Below are positions 10,110-19,547 of a DNA stretch of 40,985 nt, in pieces (within the stretch, counting starts at the first letter, position 1; each line of letters opens with the position of its first letter). The stretch covers positions 1-40,985 of the forward strand of contig JAEOTE010000096.1 of NCBI GenBank assembly GCA_016839945.1, written 5' to 3'. Both the position numbers and the translations under genes were made by a program. A model generated the notes under the pieces. The model saw nothing but the letters and a program-made list of their open reading frames with translations. It ran no database searches and was not told the DNA's origin. The stretch is from Candidatus Heimdallarchaeota archaeon. Lineage in GTDB: Archaea > Asgardarchaeota > Heimdallarchaeia > Heimdallarchaeales > Heimdallarchaeaceae.

Positions 10110-13100
10110 ATGCTAATCCCTAGAAATAATCGCTTGAATTTTATTGCAAGGATTTGTCTGAACCTTATATTAATTACACTTTTAGTACTAAACACTCTTA
10201 ATCCACTACTTATAATTAGAAATCAATCTATAGAAATTGGTGCTTTGAATAAGGATAACAAAGAAAATATAAAGTCATTTAATCTTAACAATGATATATT
10301 TATCTCTAAAGCAGACGTATCTGAATTTAATAGTGATTTTTTTGATATAGTAGATTATGGGGATTCATTTGAGGGATTAAACCTTTTCATTATTGCTAAC
10401 ATTTCTCATATTCATGCCCCCATCCAATTCCATTTACTTGTAACCGATATGATGGGTAACATTATCTCTCAAGTATACTTGGGGGCAAATATTGATACAA
10501 GTTATTATACTGCTAAATTCATTAACACAACAACTGTAATTGTTGAAGGATTAAATTATCCCTTTCTGTGGAATTTTTATGATAATTCAACATATTATCT
10601 AGACTTCTTAACCCATCATGATATAACATTTAATCCAAATCATAACTCCTTCTTTGAACTGGAACAAAGAAATGTAACAATTGGTGAAACACCCTATATT
10701 TTTGATGTTATAAAGGAATATTCAATGGATGGTGATTTATTATGGGAACTATCAAGTGATGGTTTTGTATCACCCACAGAAGGTTGCCATTATACTCATT
10801 ATATAGAATTAACAGAATATGTGACACATGCAAACACTGTTTTCTTTGATTCTGATGAAAACATGCTATATGTTCACATGCGAAATCAGAACACATTCTA
10901 TAAAATTTCTTATACTTCAAAAGAAGTCTTATGGTCTATTGGACAATTTGGGGACTTTAACCTTTATGATCAAAATGGGAATCTAAAACAAAGCTTGTTT
11001 TATCATGCACATGGCTTGGAAAAAATTGATGAGAATACCTTTATTCTCTTTGACAATGATCTACATAATCAATCTCTACCTGACGATGTTTATAATACTA
11101 GAATTATCGAAATCACTGTCGATGAGGGAAAAAAAATAGCAAATGTAACTTGGTCGTGGATACCTCCTGATGGATATTCATGTCGGATATGGGGGGATTC
11201 TGATAAACTTCCGAATGGTAATAGATTAGGAACTTTTGGACAAATTATTCCTTTCTATAATCAAACCAAATCTCGAATTACTGAAATAACACCAGAAGGA
11301 GAAATAGCTTGGGAAATGAAACTGAAAAGTGAACTAAATACTAATTTATTTCTGTATTGTACAGATCGTTTTCTATTAAGTCCTTATCTTTCATTAGCTG
11401 AAAATATAACACAATATGTGGGAGATAATGTTACAATAGACTGGGAAACTGCATATAATTTCAAAACTGTACAAAACAAAACTGGGTCCTATAAACTGTT
11501 TCTTGATGAATCAATGATTGATAATGGAATGTTAATTTTTAATAAATATTGGAGAGCTACAACTCATTCAACTCAATTAGGAAAACTTGCTGTTGGTTCT
11601 CATAATTTCACTATAGAAGTAATAGATGATGCAGGTCATAGCACTATTAAACAAATGAATATCACAATTACGCCTTTCTATATAGATCGAAATGGTCCAG
11701 AGAATATAGAAAAGAACCAAGATAATACTGTTGTGCAATGGACTGGAGAAACTATTACTCCGCTTATGATGAATATAACAATTAATGGAACCTTAAACAG
11801 TTCAAGAACTTGGAATGGAGAGCTTGTTGAGTTGGATCTTAACTCACTTATAATTGGAAAACATTCTATTTCTTTGGTACTCATTAATAATTCGATTGTG
11901 ATACATAATGACACATTTTGGTCAAATGTATACCCCTTAGAGGTTCCGCAGATTTTAGATTCACCAAATGATCAAATTATTGAATGGGGGGATGAGTGTC
12001 TGTTGTCTTGGATTATTCAAGATTCAACGCCCTATAAATGGGAAATTTATGTTAATGATAGTATATACCTAACAGAACATTGGTATTCTCAATACTATGA
12101 GTTGGAATGGATTTTTCCAATACTAGATGAAAGTGTATACAATTGTACATTAGTTCTATACGATTATGCAAATCAAACCTCATCTGATTCCTTTTGGATA
12201 ACAATAATACCTCCAAGTCCACCAATTATCTCAGAATATCCAGTTCAAACGGATTTTCAATATGGTGTTGATATAATAAGTTTATCTTGGGAAGTTCATG
12301 GAGGAATTAATTATACTCTGTTTGTTGATGGGTTAAAATCCTATGAAGGTTTAGTAATCAGTAATATTATTTTAATTGAGGAAAGTAATTGGAATTTAGC
12401 CATATGGAGGCCTGGAGAACATAATTTAACATTACACGTTTCAGATATTCTTGGAAAAACAACTACAGGTCAACTATCAATATTCATCTGGTTAAATCTA
12501 GGTGATCCATTTGTGGACACTTATTTACCTAATGTTTCAGATTTATATTATTCTGGAGAAAATGTTATTGGAGCTCCTGATGGAGAATATACTTCTTTAG
12601 TTCTAGGTTACACAAATGGATACATTACATTAGACATGGGCTTTCAAGAGGAAATAGTTGACAAAGCTGGGAAAGACTTTACTGTAGTTGCAGGTTCTGG
12701 AACATATTCTGTATGGATTAGTAATGATCCATTAATACCCTTTATTTTCCTTGATTCAGGATCTGGAACACAAGGATTCGATTTAGATACATCTACATTT
12801 GATCAAGTTAGATATCTAAGAATAGAATATGTGAGTGGAGTTATAGTAGAACTAGATGCAATCGTTGCTTTGCATTATAATGAACCAGAATGGGATGATG
12901 AACCTCCTATAATTGAAAGTCCAGGAGATTTCTGGATTTGGGATGATCAAGTAGAAGTTTCTGTAAGGTGGAATGTATCAGACCAACTACCAAATAACTA
13001 CTCAATTTTTGTAAATGATGAACTCTTCTTCTCAAGTGACTGGAATGGAACAGATATCACTTGTACTATACCAATCTCTGGTTTAAGCGAATTAAATATT

Positions 13101-13283
13101 ACACTAATAGTATTTGATTTAATGTCTCTAAAAGCCGAAGATACAATAAGAATAGAAATACGTGAAAAATCGAATTTGGGTAGGATCCTTAAACTAGTTC
13201 TTATACCAACTTGCAGTGTTTTGGTTGCTGGAGGAATTACTTGGACTGTTCTTAGATTCTTAAAGAAAAAGAAGATAAAGTAA
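10110..13283 (+). CDS. large cell-surface aryl-sulfate sulfotransferase with Ig-like repeats and C-terminal TM anchor
   Basis: Signal/TM at N-terminus. THHD, THAN, MRN, HAHG, LFDND motifs. Repeated beta-rich ~90-aa modules. C-terminal TM followed by KKKKIK. Confidence 0.8.
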   Translation: MLIPRNNRLNFIARICLNLILITLLVLNTLNPLLIIRNQSIEIGALNKDNKENIKSFNLNNDIFISKADVSEFNSDFFDIVDYGDSFEGLNLFIIANISHIHAPIQFHLLVTDMMGNIISQVYLGANIDTSYYTAKFINTTTVIVEGLNYPFLWNFYDNSTYYLDFLTHHDITFNPNHNSFFELEQRNVTIGETPYIFDVIKEYSMDGDLLWELSSDGFVSPTEGCHYTHYIELTEYVTHANTVFFDSDENMLYVHMRNQNTFYKISYTSKEVLWSIGQFGDFNLYDQNGNLKQSLFYHAHGLEKIDENTFILFDNDLHNQSLPDDVYNTRIIEITVDEGKKIANVTWSWIPPDGYSCRIWGDSDKLPNGNRLGTFGQIIPFYNQTKSRITEITPEGEIAWEMKLKSELNTNLFLYCTDRFLLSPYLSLAENITQYVGDNVTIDWETAYNFKTVQNKTGSYKLFLDESMIDNGMLIFNKYWRATTHSTQLGKLAVGSHNFTIEVIDDAGHSTIKQMNITITPFYIDRNGPENIEKNQDNTVVQWTGETITPLMMNITINGTLNSSRTWNGELVELDLNSLIIGKHSISLVLINNSIVIHNDTFWSNVYPLEVPQILDSPNDQIIEWGDECLLSWIIQDSTPYKWEIYVNDSIYLTEHWYSQYYELEWIFPILDESVYNCTLVLYDYANQTSSDSFWITIIPPSPPIISEYPVQTDFQYGVDIISLSWEVHGGINYTLFVDGLKSYEGLVISNIILIEESNWNLAIWRPGEHNLTLHVSDILGKTTTGQLSIFIWLNLGDPFVDTYLPNVSDLYYSGENVIGAPDGEYTSLVLGYTNGYITLDMGFQEEIVDKAGKDFTVVAGSGTYSVWISNDPLIPFIFLDSGSGTQGFDLDTSTFDQVRYLRIEYVSGVIVELDAIVALHYNEPEWDDEPPIIESPGDFWIWDDQVEVSVRWNVSDQLPNNYSIFVNDELFFSSDWNGTDITCTIPISGLSELNITLIVFDLMSLKAEDTIRIEIREKSNLGRILKLVLIPTCSVLVAGGITWTVLRFLKKKKIK

Positions 13284-13308
13284 AGAAAAAAGAAAAATAT
13301 TTTCGATT

Positions 13309-13857
13309 TTATAATCCTGGTGTCCATAGATAAAAGAAGTATAATAATAATACTCCTGCGACTAAGATAGCTAGTCCATTAAAGAATAAGAATAGCTTAG
13401 AAGCTCCTGCTTTCATAGTTTTTCTACCATCAGAATTTCTCCAATAAATATGTACTAGAGCTGATCCTGCCCACTCCTCGGGATTAAGATCTAAGAATAA
13501 ATGAGAAGCATGACCAATTAAGTACATTGCAAAAATTGGTACTAGAAATTTAGTTTCTGAATTAACGAAGTATAAGGGGAGACAAATTAAAACTGGGAGA
13601 AAGAGAGAATGGGTAACCACATTCCTATGGGGAAGAACTTTTTTCCAAATAACGTCATAATCTGGAAGCTGTGCTCCAAAATGACATGCTAGAAAAGACA
13701 AAACTATCCATATAGAATGATTAGATGCAAATTCTACTGCTGTATATTCACCAAGAATATAATAGACTGCTATAGCAACACCCCAAAAGAGAGTAGCGCC
13801 AACAAGATGTCCTTTTCGATGCAAAATATCACCATATTTTCTACTAATTTTATACAT
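13309..13857 (-). CDS. membrane metal-dependent hydrolase (YdjM-like)
   Basis: HRKGH, GAQLPDYD, HRNVVTHS, GHASHLFLD. Confidence 0.8.
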   Translation of the reverse strand: MYKISRKYGDILHRKGHLVGATLFWGVAIAVYYILGEYTAVEFASNHSIWIVLSFLACHFGAQLPDYDVIWKKVLPHRNVVTHSLFLPVLICLPLYFVNSETKFLVPIFAMYLIGHASHLFLDLNPEEWAGSALVHIYWRNSDGRKTMKAGASKLFLFFNGLAILVAGVLLLYFFYLWTPGL

Positions 13858-13891
13858 AGGTTATTATTAAGTTTTACACATCCATTTCAAA

Positions 13892-14344
13892 CTAGTCTGA
13901 TAGAAAACCATATTCAAAACTTGATAAACAAACCATGGTATGAGTTCTTTGAACTCCTTTTATTGAAGTGATGATAGCGAGATTATTTTCCAATGTTGTT
14001 ATATTCTTAGTCTTCATTTTAATCATAACATCATACTCTCCTGCTAAGTGATGCATTTCAACAATTTCCAACTCATCTTTTCTTGTCCATAATTTCTCTG
14101 CAGTAAATTTCCAGAGACTTGCAGCTCTATCAAGCATTATTAATATAACAGCGGTAACTTCTTTTCCTAATTTATTGTCGTCAGTTATGCATGTAAAACC
14201 TATAATAATATTATTGTTCTTTAATGCCTTAACTCGAGTATGAATAGTTTGACGAGTTGTTTTTAGCTCTTTAGCAATACTTTCAAATGAAGCTCTAGAA
14301 TCTTTCTTCAAAATACCTACAATTCTATGATCTATTTCATCCAT
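13892..14344 (-). CDS. Lrp/AsnC family transcriptional regulator
   Basis: MDEIDHRIVGILKKDSRASFESIAKEL helix-turn-helix plus RAM domain (HLAGEYDVMIK). ATG at 14344; the ORF track uses TTG at 14359. Confidence 0.95.
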   Translation of the reverse strand: MDEIDHRIVGILKKDSRASFESIAKELKTTRQTIHTRVKALKNNNIIIGFTCITDDNKLGKEVTAVILIMLDRAASLWKFTAEKLWTRKDELEIVEMHHLAGEYDVMIKMKTKNITTLENNLAIITSIKGVQRTHTMVCLSSFEYGFLSD

Positions 14345-14362
14345 TAACACTTTAATCAAATC

Positions 14363-14514
14363 TTCACAATTGTTAATTAAATTATTCTTTAATGTTTTTT
14401 TTGTAAATCACTGTATTGAACATTAATATAAATACTTTACGATTGTCAATTAAAAATATGCTTAATCCTTTAATGTGGTAATGTGAATCTTTATAATTGC
14501 TCGACAATTGTCTA
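14363..14514. promoter_or_regulatory. three imperfect palindromic operator candidates in the Lrp/aminotransferase divergent promoter
   Basis: TTCACAATTGTTAA (14363-14376), TTTACGATTGTCAA (14436-14449), TCGACAATTGTCTA (14501-14514). TATA-like TTTATAAT at 14490-14497. Confidence 0.55.
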
Positions 14515-14540
14515 GCACAAGCAATGTTGGTAGTTTGATT

Positions 14541-15887
14541 ATGGTATCAAAAGTAGTACAAAAAAAAGATAAAAATAATCTTGCTGAATGGGTTGATAGG
14601 ATACCTGAAAGTGAAATCAGAAGAATATTAAGATTTTCACCTAAGTATTATTTTGCAGGAGGAAAACCTGGGTTAATACCAGTGGAAACATTCCACAGAA
14701 TAATCACAGAGATTATCACAGATGAGAAGGAGTTACTAAAGCAAAATTCAGATTCTGTAATTGATAATTATAATTATGGTAAAACAGAAGGGAATGATGA
14801 ATTAAGAGAAATTTTGGCAGATCGTTTGCAAAAACATGATAGAGTAAACTGCTCAAAGGATGACATAGTTATAACTACAGGATCACAACAAATACTTTAT
14901 GCGATAAATGACATATTAGTAAGACCTGGAGATATCATTCTAACAACTAGACCAACTTATCTTGGTTTTATGCTTGTTGCTGAGAAGCTAGGAGCAAGAA
15001 TTGTTACATTACCTTCTGATGTTGATGGTTTGATGGCAGAACATTTAGATGATGCAATTGAGCTATGTATAAAGCAATTTGGTAGAACACCCAAAGCACT
15101 TTATCTCGTTCCATACTCAGATAACCCAAAGGGAACAACTCTACCTGAGAAAAGAAAGAAGATGGTTTTGGATTCTATTCTCCCAAGAGAAGATATTCTA
15201 CTTGTTGAAGATGCAGCGTATAAAGAAATTCAATTTGATGATAAGAAGTATGTCCCATTGAAAGAGAGTGATCCCGAAAATGAGAGAGTAGCATATCTTT
15301 CTACAACAACAAAAGAAGCTGCATCATTTAGATTAGGATATAGTGTGTTACCAGATTGGTTGAAAGAGAATGTAGTAAAAGCAAAAGGTTTCTATGATTT
15401 ATGTACTTCAGAATGGGTACAAAAAATAGCATCAAGATATTATGAATATTATATTGATGACCAAATACCTCTGCTACAAGAAGGTTACAGAGCGAGAAGA
15501 GACGCTATGGTAAGAGCAGTAGAAGAGTACATGCCAGAAGGATCTTTTACAAGACCAACTGGAGGATTCTTTGTATGGTATGAATACCAAGATGTAAACT
15601 TTGACACAAAGAAATTTGTTGGTTATGCTATAGATAAAGGAGTAAGTTACGTTCCTGGTTATCAGTTCTTCCCATCTAATGGATATGCGTTCACAGAAGA
15701 ATCAGAATTAATTCCATTTAAAGGACCTACAAATACAATGAGGTTATGTTACTCCTTACTTAAACCTGAAGAAATAACAGAAGGTATTAAGTTACTAGGA
15801 AACATATTAAAAGAAGTCGAGAAGAATAGTCAAAAAGATAAATTCAGAGAAGAAATATTGCATGATCAAGGGAGATATTTAGTTTAA
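14541..15887 (+). CDS. PLP-dependent class I/II aminotransferase (LysN/ARO8-like)
   Basis: FAGGKP, ITTGSQQ, DNPKG, VEDAAY, LSTTTK (PLP lysine), RLGY, PTGGFFVW, MRLCYS. Likely ATG at 14541. Confidence 0.9.
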   Translation: MVSKVVQKKDKNNLAEWVDRIPESEIRRILRFSPKYYFAGGKPGLIPVETFHRIITEIITDEKELLKQNSDSVIDNYNYGKTEGNDELREILADRLQKHDRVNCSKDDIVITTGSQQILYAINDILVRPGDIILTTRPTYLGFMLVAEKLGARIVTLPSDVDGLMAEHLDDAIELCIKQFGRTPKALYLVPYSDNPKGTTLPEKRKKMVLDSILPREDILLVEDAAYKEIQFDDKKYVPLKESDPENERVAYLSTTTKEAASFRLGYSVLPDWLKENVVKAKGFYDLCTSEWVQKIASRYYEYYIDDQIPLLQEGYRARRDAMVRAVEEYMPEGSFTRPTGGFFVWYEYQDVNFDTKKFVGYAIDKGVSYVPGYQFFPSNGYAFTEESELIPFKGPTNTMRLCYSLLKPEEITEGIKLLGNILKEVEKNSQKDKFREEILHDQGRYLV

Positions 15888-15904
15888 AATGAAGTGGTAA
15901 TGAA

Positions 15905-16339
15905 ATGAGTGAAAAAAATATTGTAGATGAAGCATTTAAGTATTGGAATAATAACCACAATTGCGCACAATCTGCAGCAAGTGGAGCTTTAGATTATTTT
16001 GGATTTGAGGAAGAAAGTAAAACACTTTGCAAAGCATGTCTTCCATATGGAGGAGGAGTTGGTGTAAGAACAATCTGTGGATCTTTATTAGGAGCTTTAG
16101 CAGCATTAAGTTTTCTCCTTAAGGAAGAAGGTGCAGCCAATGAACAGATCTATGAGAAAATAAAAGCATTAAAGCAAGAATTCGGAGAAAAGAACGGTTC
16201 TATGTATTGCAAAGAGCTATTACAAGATTACATTTTTCCTGATGGAAGCTTAGATAGAGACAATCCTGATAGAAGAAAAGTTTGTGATAAAACAGTAGAA
16301 ACAGCTGTTTTAATTGTAAAAAATCTAGTTGAAAATTAG
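15905..16339 (+). CDS. C-GCAxxG-C-C family putative redox protein
   Basis: NCAQS, GGG...ICGSLLGA, GSMYCKEL, VCDKTV. Starts 17 bp after the aminotransferase stop. Confidence 0.85.
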   Translation: MSEKNIVDEAFKYWNNNHNCAQSAASGALDYFGFEEESKTLCKACLPYGGGVGVRTICGSLLGALAALSFLLKEEGAANEQIYEKIKALKQEFGEKNGSMYCKELLQDYIFPDGSLDRDNPDRRKVCDKTVETAVLIVKNLVEN

Positions 16340-16361
16340 AAGTTGGGAAGAAATAAGTAGA

Positions 16362-16463
16362 TTAAAGATAACCTCGGTGTAAGACCAATAATTCTCTTGC
16401 ATCATTTCTTATTTTCTTCATTCTTTTTTCAATACTTTCTTGATGTTTTATTTGTTCATTCAT
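16362..16463 (-). CDS. 33-aa helical microprotein (not in ORF track)
   Basis: MNEQIKHQESIEKRMKKIRNDARELLVLHRGYL*. AGGTGA Shine-Dalgarno 6 nt before the ATG and TTTAAATA about 30 nt upstream. Confidence 0.5.
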   Translation of the reverse strand: MNEQIKHQESIEKRMKKIRNDARELLVLHRGYL

Positions 16464-16510
16464 TTTTTTCACCTACTTCAACACTAGTTCCTATTTAAAA
16501 AAGAGTTGAC

Positions 16511-16534
16511 CACACTTTGTGAACACAAGTTGTG
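16511..16534. promoter_or_regulatory. tandem CACA-N3-TGTG palindromes (candidate operator)
   Basis: CACACTTTGTG-AA-CACAAGTTGTG between divergent genes. Confidence 0.4.
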
Positions 16535-16606
16535 ACTATAAGACAAAATAAATCGCAAAAGATTTAGTTGAAACATTTAAATTTACAGAACTGAATTGTA
16601 TAAAGA

Positions 16607-17104
16607 ATGAAACGTGAAATTCGATTAGATCATTTATTCATGACATATGGAAAAGAACGTTTTCTTAATTGGTGTCGTTCATTAAACATATTTAGATTTT
16701 GTAGATCACATCCGTATCCAGATGATTTGCACCCAGATCGATTCGTTACTCTAATTTATTTTTATGATGATAATGAATTAAACGAGCTCCTAACATTGAT
16801 GAAAATTAAAACAAAAGACAATGATAATAACACTGTAAGAATAGAAGAAATCGAAACAACTTTTTCAAGCTTAGTAAAAGTGAATAATGAGAAATGTTAC
16901 ATTTATATTAACAAGATATTAAAAACAATAATTTTAGAGGTTTCAGGAATCGAGAATGATCCCTTCTCATTGGATGATACAACTTTCCAGAGGACAAAAA
17001 GGATAGATGATTTTTTGGATACACTAGATATAAATTTCATTAGTTCTCCATATGATGATGATTATTGCATTACTCCTGAATTCTATCCTCAAGTCTGGAA
17101 ATAA
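16607..17104 (+). CDS. hypothetical protein
   Basis: 165-aa ORF with ATG start and normal composition; no recognised motif. Confidence 0.7.
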   Translation: MKREIRLDHLFMTYGKERFLNWCRSLNIFRFCRSHPYPDDLHPDRFVTLIYFYDDNELNELLTLMKIKTKDNDNNTVRIEEIETTFSSLVKVNNEKCYIYINKILKTIILEVSGIENDPFSLDDTTFQRTKRIDDFLDTLDINFISSPYDDDYCITPEFYPQVWK

Positions 17105-17186
17105 ACAAACTCACTTTAAGAAATTGAATTATTTTGCGAAGCAAATGTATTTAAATTTATGCTGAAATTCTTTTCTGATTACACAG

Positions 17187-18260
17187 ATGAGTAATACTGG
17201 CAATGTTCCGTTTTTATTTAAGAAATACCCTAAACTAAAAGAGAAAATTCCTTGGGTAAAATTACTCCCTGAAAAAACTCCTGTTGAAAAACTATCGAAA
17301 CTAATAAACCAATTTAACGTAGATTCACTTTGGATTAAAAGAGATGACATATCATGCCTGAATTATGGTGGAAACAAACCAAGGAAACTTGAGTTTATTT
17401 TAGCAGATGCAAAAGGTAAAGGATACAAAAAAGTATTAACTGTAGGTGGTTTTGGTTCTAATTTTTGTGTGGCAAATGCTGTCTCTTGTAATAAGCTAGG
17501 ACTGAAAGCTATAGCGTTTTTGGTTGATCAACCTATGGTTTCATTTGCCAGAAAGAATTTGTTACTTAATGTATATTATGAGAATGAGCTAATTTATGTC
17601 AAGAAAAGAAGTAGGATTAAATGGTTTAAACTCTTCAAGAAATTATTTGATTCAAGCATCTATTTTATGTTAACTTCTGGTGGAAGTGTTCCTCTTGGAA
17701 CATTGGGTTTCGTAAATGCAGCTTTTGAATTAGAAGAACAAATCAAAAATAAAGAAATGCCTGAACCTGATCATATTTTTATTCCTTATGGATCAGCAGG
17801 AACTGTAGCAGGATTAGCTCTTGGTTTAAAACTAGCTAATATCAAATCTCAGGTACATGCTATTCAAATAGCGAGTTCTGTTGACTTTGAAGATTCACTA
17901 AAGTTATCCTATGACACTTTGAAATTGATAAAAGAATATGATGAAACAATTCCTGAAGTTGAGATAGATAATATAAAATTTGATACAGAATTTTTCGGAG
18001 AAGGTTATGCACTACCAACAAAAGAAGGAACAGAAGCTATAGAAAAAGGCAGAGAAATAGAGAACATTGATTTGGATATTACCTATTCAGGAAAGACTTT
18101 TGCTGCGTTTTTAAAATTCGTTGAAGATAACAAACAAACACTAAAAGATAGAACAATACTTTTCTGGAATACGTACAACAGTATTGATGCTTCAGAAGTC
18201 ATTGAAAATGTTGATTATAGGAAATTACCTAGAAAACTTCATTGGATTTTTGAAGAATGA
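17187..18260 (+). CDS. D-cysteine desulfhydrase / ACC deaminase family PLP enzyme
   Basis: WIKRDD, YGGNKPRKLEF, GSAGTVAGL, LDITYSGK. Confidence 0.9.
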   Translation: MSNTGNVPFLFKKYPKLKEKIPWVKLLPEKTPVEKLSKLINQFNVDSLWIKRDDISCLNYGGNKPRKLEFILADAKGKGYKKVLTVGGFGSNFCVANAVSCNKLGLKAIAFLVDQPMVSFARKNLLLNVYYENELIYVKKRSRIKWFKLFKKLFDSSIYFMLTSGGSVPLGTLGFVNAAFELEEQIKNKEMPEPDHIFIPYGSAGTVAGLALGLKLANIKSQVHAIQIASSVDFEDSLKLSYDTLKLIKEYDETIPEVEIDNIKFDTEFFGEGYALPTKEGTEAIEKGREIENIDLDITYSGKTFAAFLKFVEDNKQTLKDRTILFWNTYNSIDASEVIENVDYRKLPRKLHWIFEE

Positions 18261-18284
18261 AAAGGATAATCTGGATTTGATGAA

Positions 18285-19541
18285 TTGGAAGTAGAAGTTA
18301 CAAAGAACTCAGGCTTGAAACACTGGTTTAGCTTTGAGAAGAATGAAATTTTCCTACTTCTGAGCCTTTTCTTTTTTGGTATTGCATTTGCAAATTATGA
18401 ACCTTACGCTCCTATTTGGTTACGTCAGATATTTCAGGAAGATTCTTTTCTAATAATAGGACTTGTCGCAGTTATTCCTAGTACAATGGTAGCTATAGGG
18501 ACAACAGTATGGGGATTTTTTGCTGATAAATTTGGCACAAAAAAATTCGTGTTGCTTGGGATTGTTGCTTATGCTTTAATGTTTTTCAGCTTGATTTTCA
18601 CAACGTCTTCCCAATATTTTCTTGTAATTGTACTCATAGGAAGTCTTCTTGGATCAGCTCAAACTGCAAATTACTTCGCATTAGCAACAAAATCAATCAA
18701 TAAACCTAAAGGAATGGTTTTAGCAAAGATGACAATAACTAGTAGTTTGTCTTGGATGATAGTGAGTCCAATAATTGGTTGGATTTATGATTCCTTTCTT
18801 AACTCAATGACTATCCAACTTATAATTGCTATAACTACATGTGTAATTACTGTAGCATTCGCTCTTTTGATAAAAGAAGGAACAAATGATGGAAAGCAAG
18901 TTCAAAAAGAGGAAGTAAAACAGAAAAAATCTCCACTTACTCCTTTCATTTTTATTTTCATTGGTATATTGTTGCTTGCTTTTACTTACCAAATAACAGG
19001 TGGATTCTGGGCGTATACTTCAATCTACTTTCTTGATACTCTGAATATCAAAGGATTCTTCTATTCATTCTTTCTTATAGCGAAAACAGCATTAGCCATA
19101 CCTTTGGCTTTTCTTGTAGGAAATGTTAGAAAAACAAACAAAATTACGTGGATTATAATATTATTTTCAGGTTGGTTAGTAATTGCTTATCTCATTATGA
19201 TGCTTTTCCCTACTCAATGGATTCTAATCCTAATCATTTACAGCTTACCGATGTATCCAATATACAATGTTTCTTTCTATTCATTAGTAACAAGATTTTC
19301 ATCATCTACCAGGAGAGCAACGGCTTATGGAATATTTAGCACACTTGGTACAATTGGATATATATCTGGAGTTTTAATCCTTGGTGTAGTAGCTGATAAT
19401 TTTGCAGAAGGTATTTTCAGTATGTTACCAACCTCAGTTATTTTTGCTTCAGTTTCATTATTTTTTGCAATTATGTTTTGTATTTTAATCTATTTAAAGA
19501 AAAAAGAAGTCCAGAATGTAGATGAAAATCTAGAGGAATAA
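18285..19541 (+). CDS. MFS transporter
   Basis: About 12 TM segments; motif A GFFADKFGTKK; RRATAYG. Confidence 0.9.
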   Translation: MEVEVTKNSGLKHWFSFEKNEIFLLLSLFFFGIAFANYEPYAPIWLRQIFQEDSFLIIGLVAVIPSTMVAIGTTVWGFFADKFGTKKFVLLGIVAYALMFFSLIFTTSSQYFLVIVLIGSLLGSAQTANYFALATKSINKPKGMVLAKMTITSSLSWMIVSPIIGWIYDSFLNSMTIQLIIAITTCVITVAFALLIKEGTNDGKQVQKEEVKQKKSPLTPFIFIFIGILLLAFTYQITGGFWAYTSIYFLDTLNIKGFFYSFFLIAKTALAIPLAFLVGNVRKTNKITWIIILFSGWLVIAYLIMMLFPTQWILILIIYSLPMYPIYNVSFYSLVTRFSSSTRRATAYGIFSTLGTIGYISGVLILGVVADNFAEGIFSMLPTSVIFASVSLFFAIMFCILIYLKKKEVQNVDENLEE

Positions 19542-19547
19542 AAGAAA

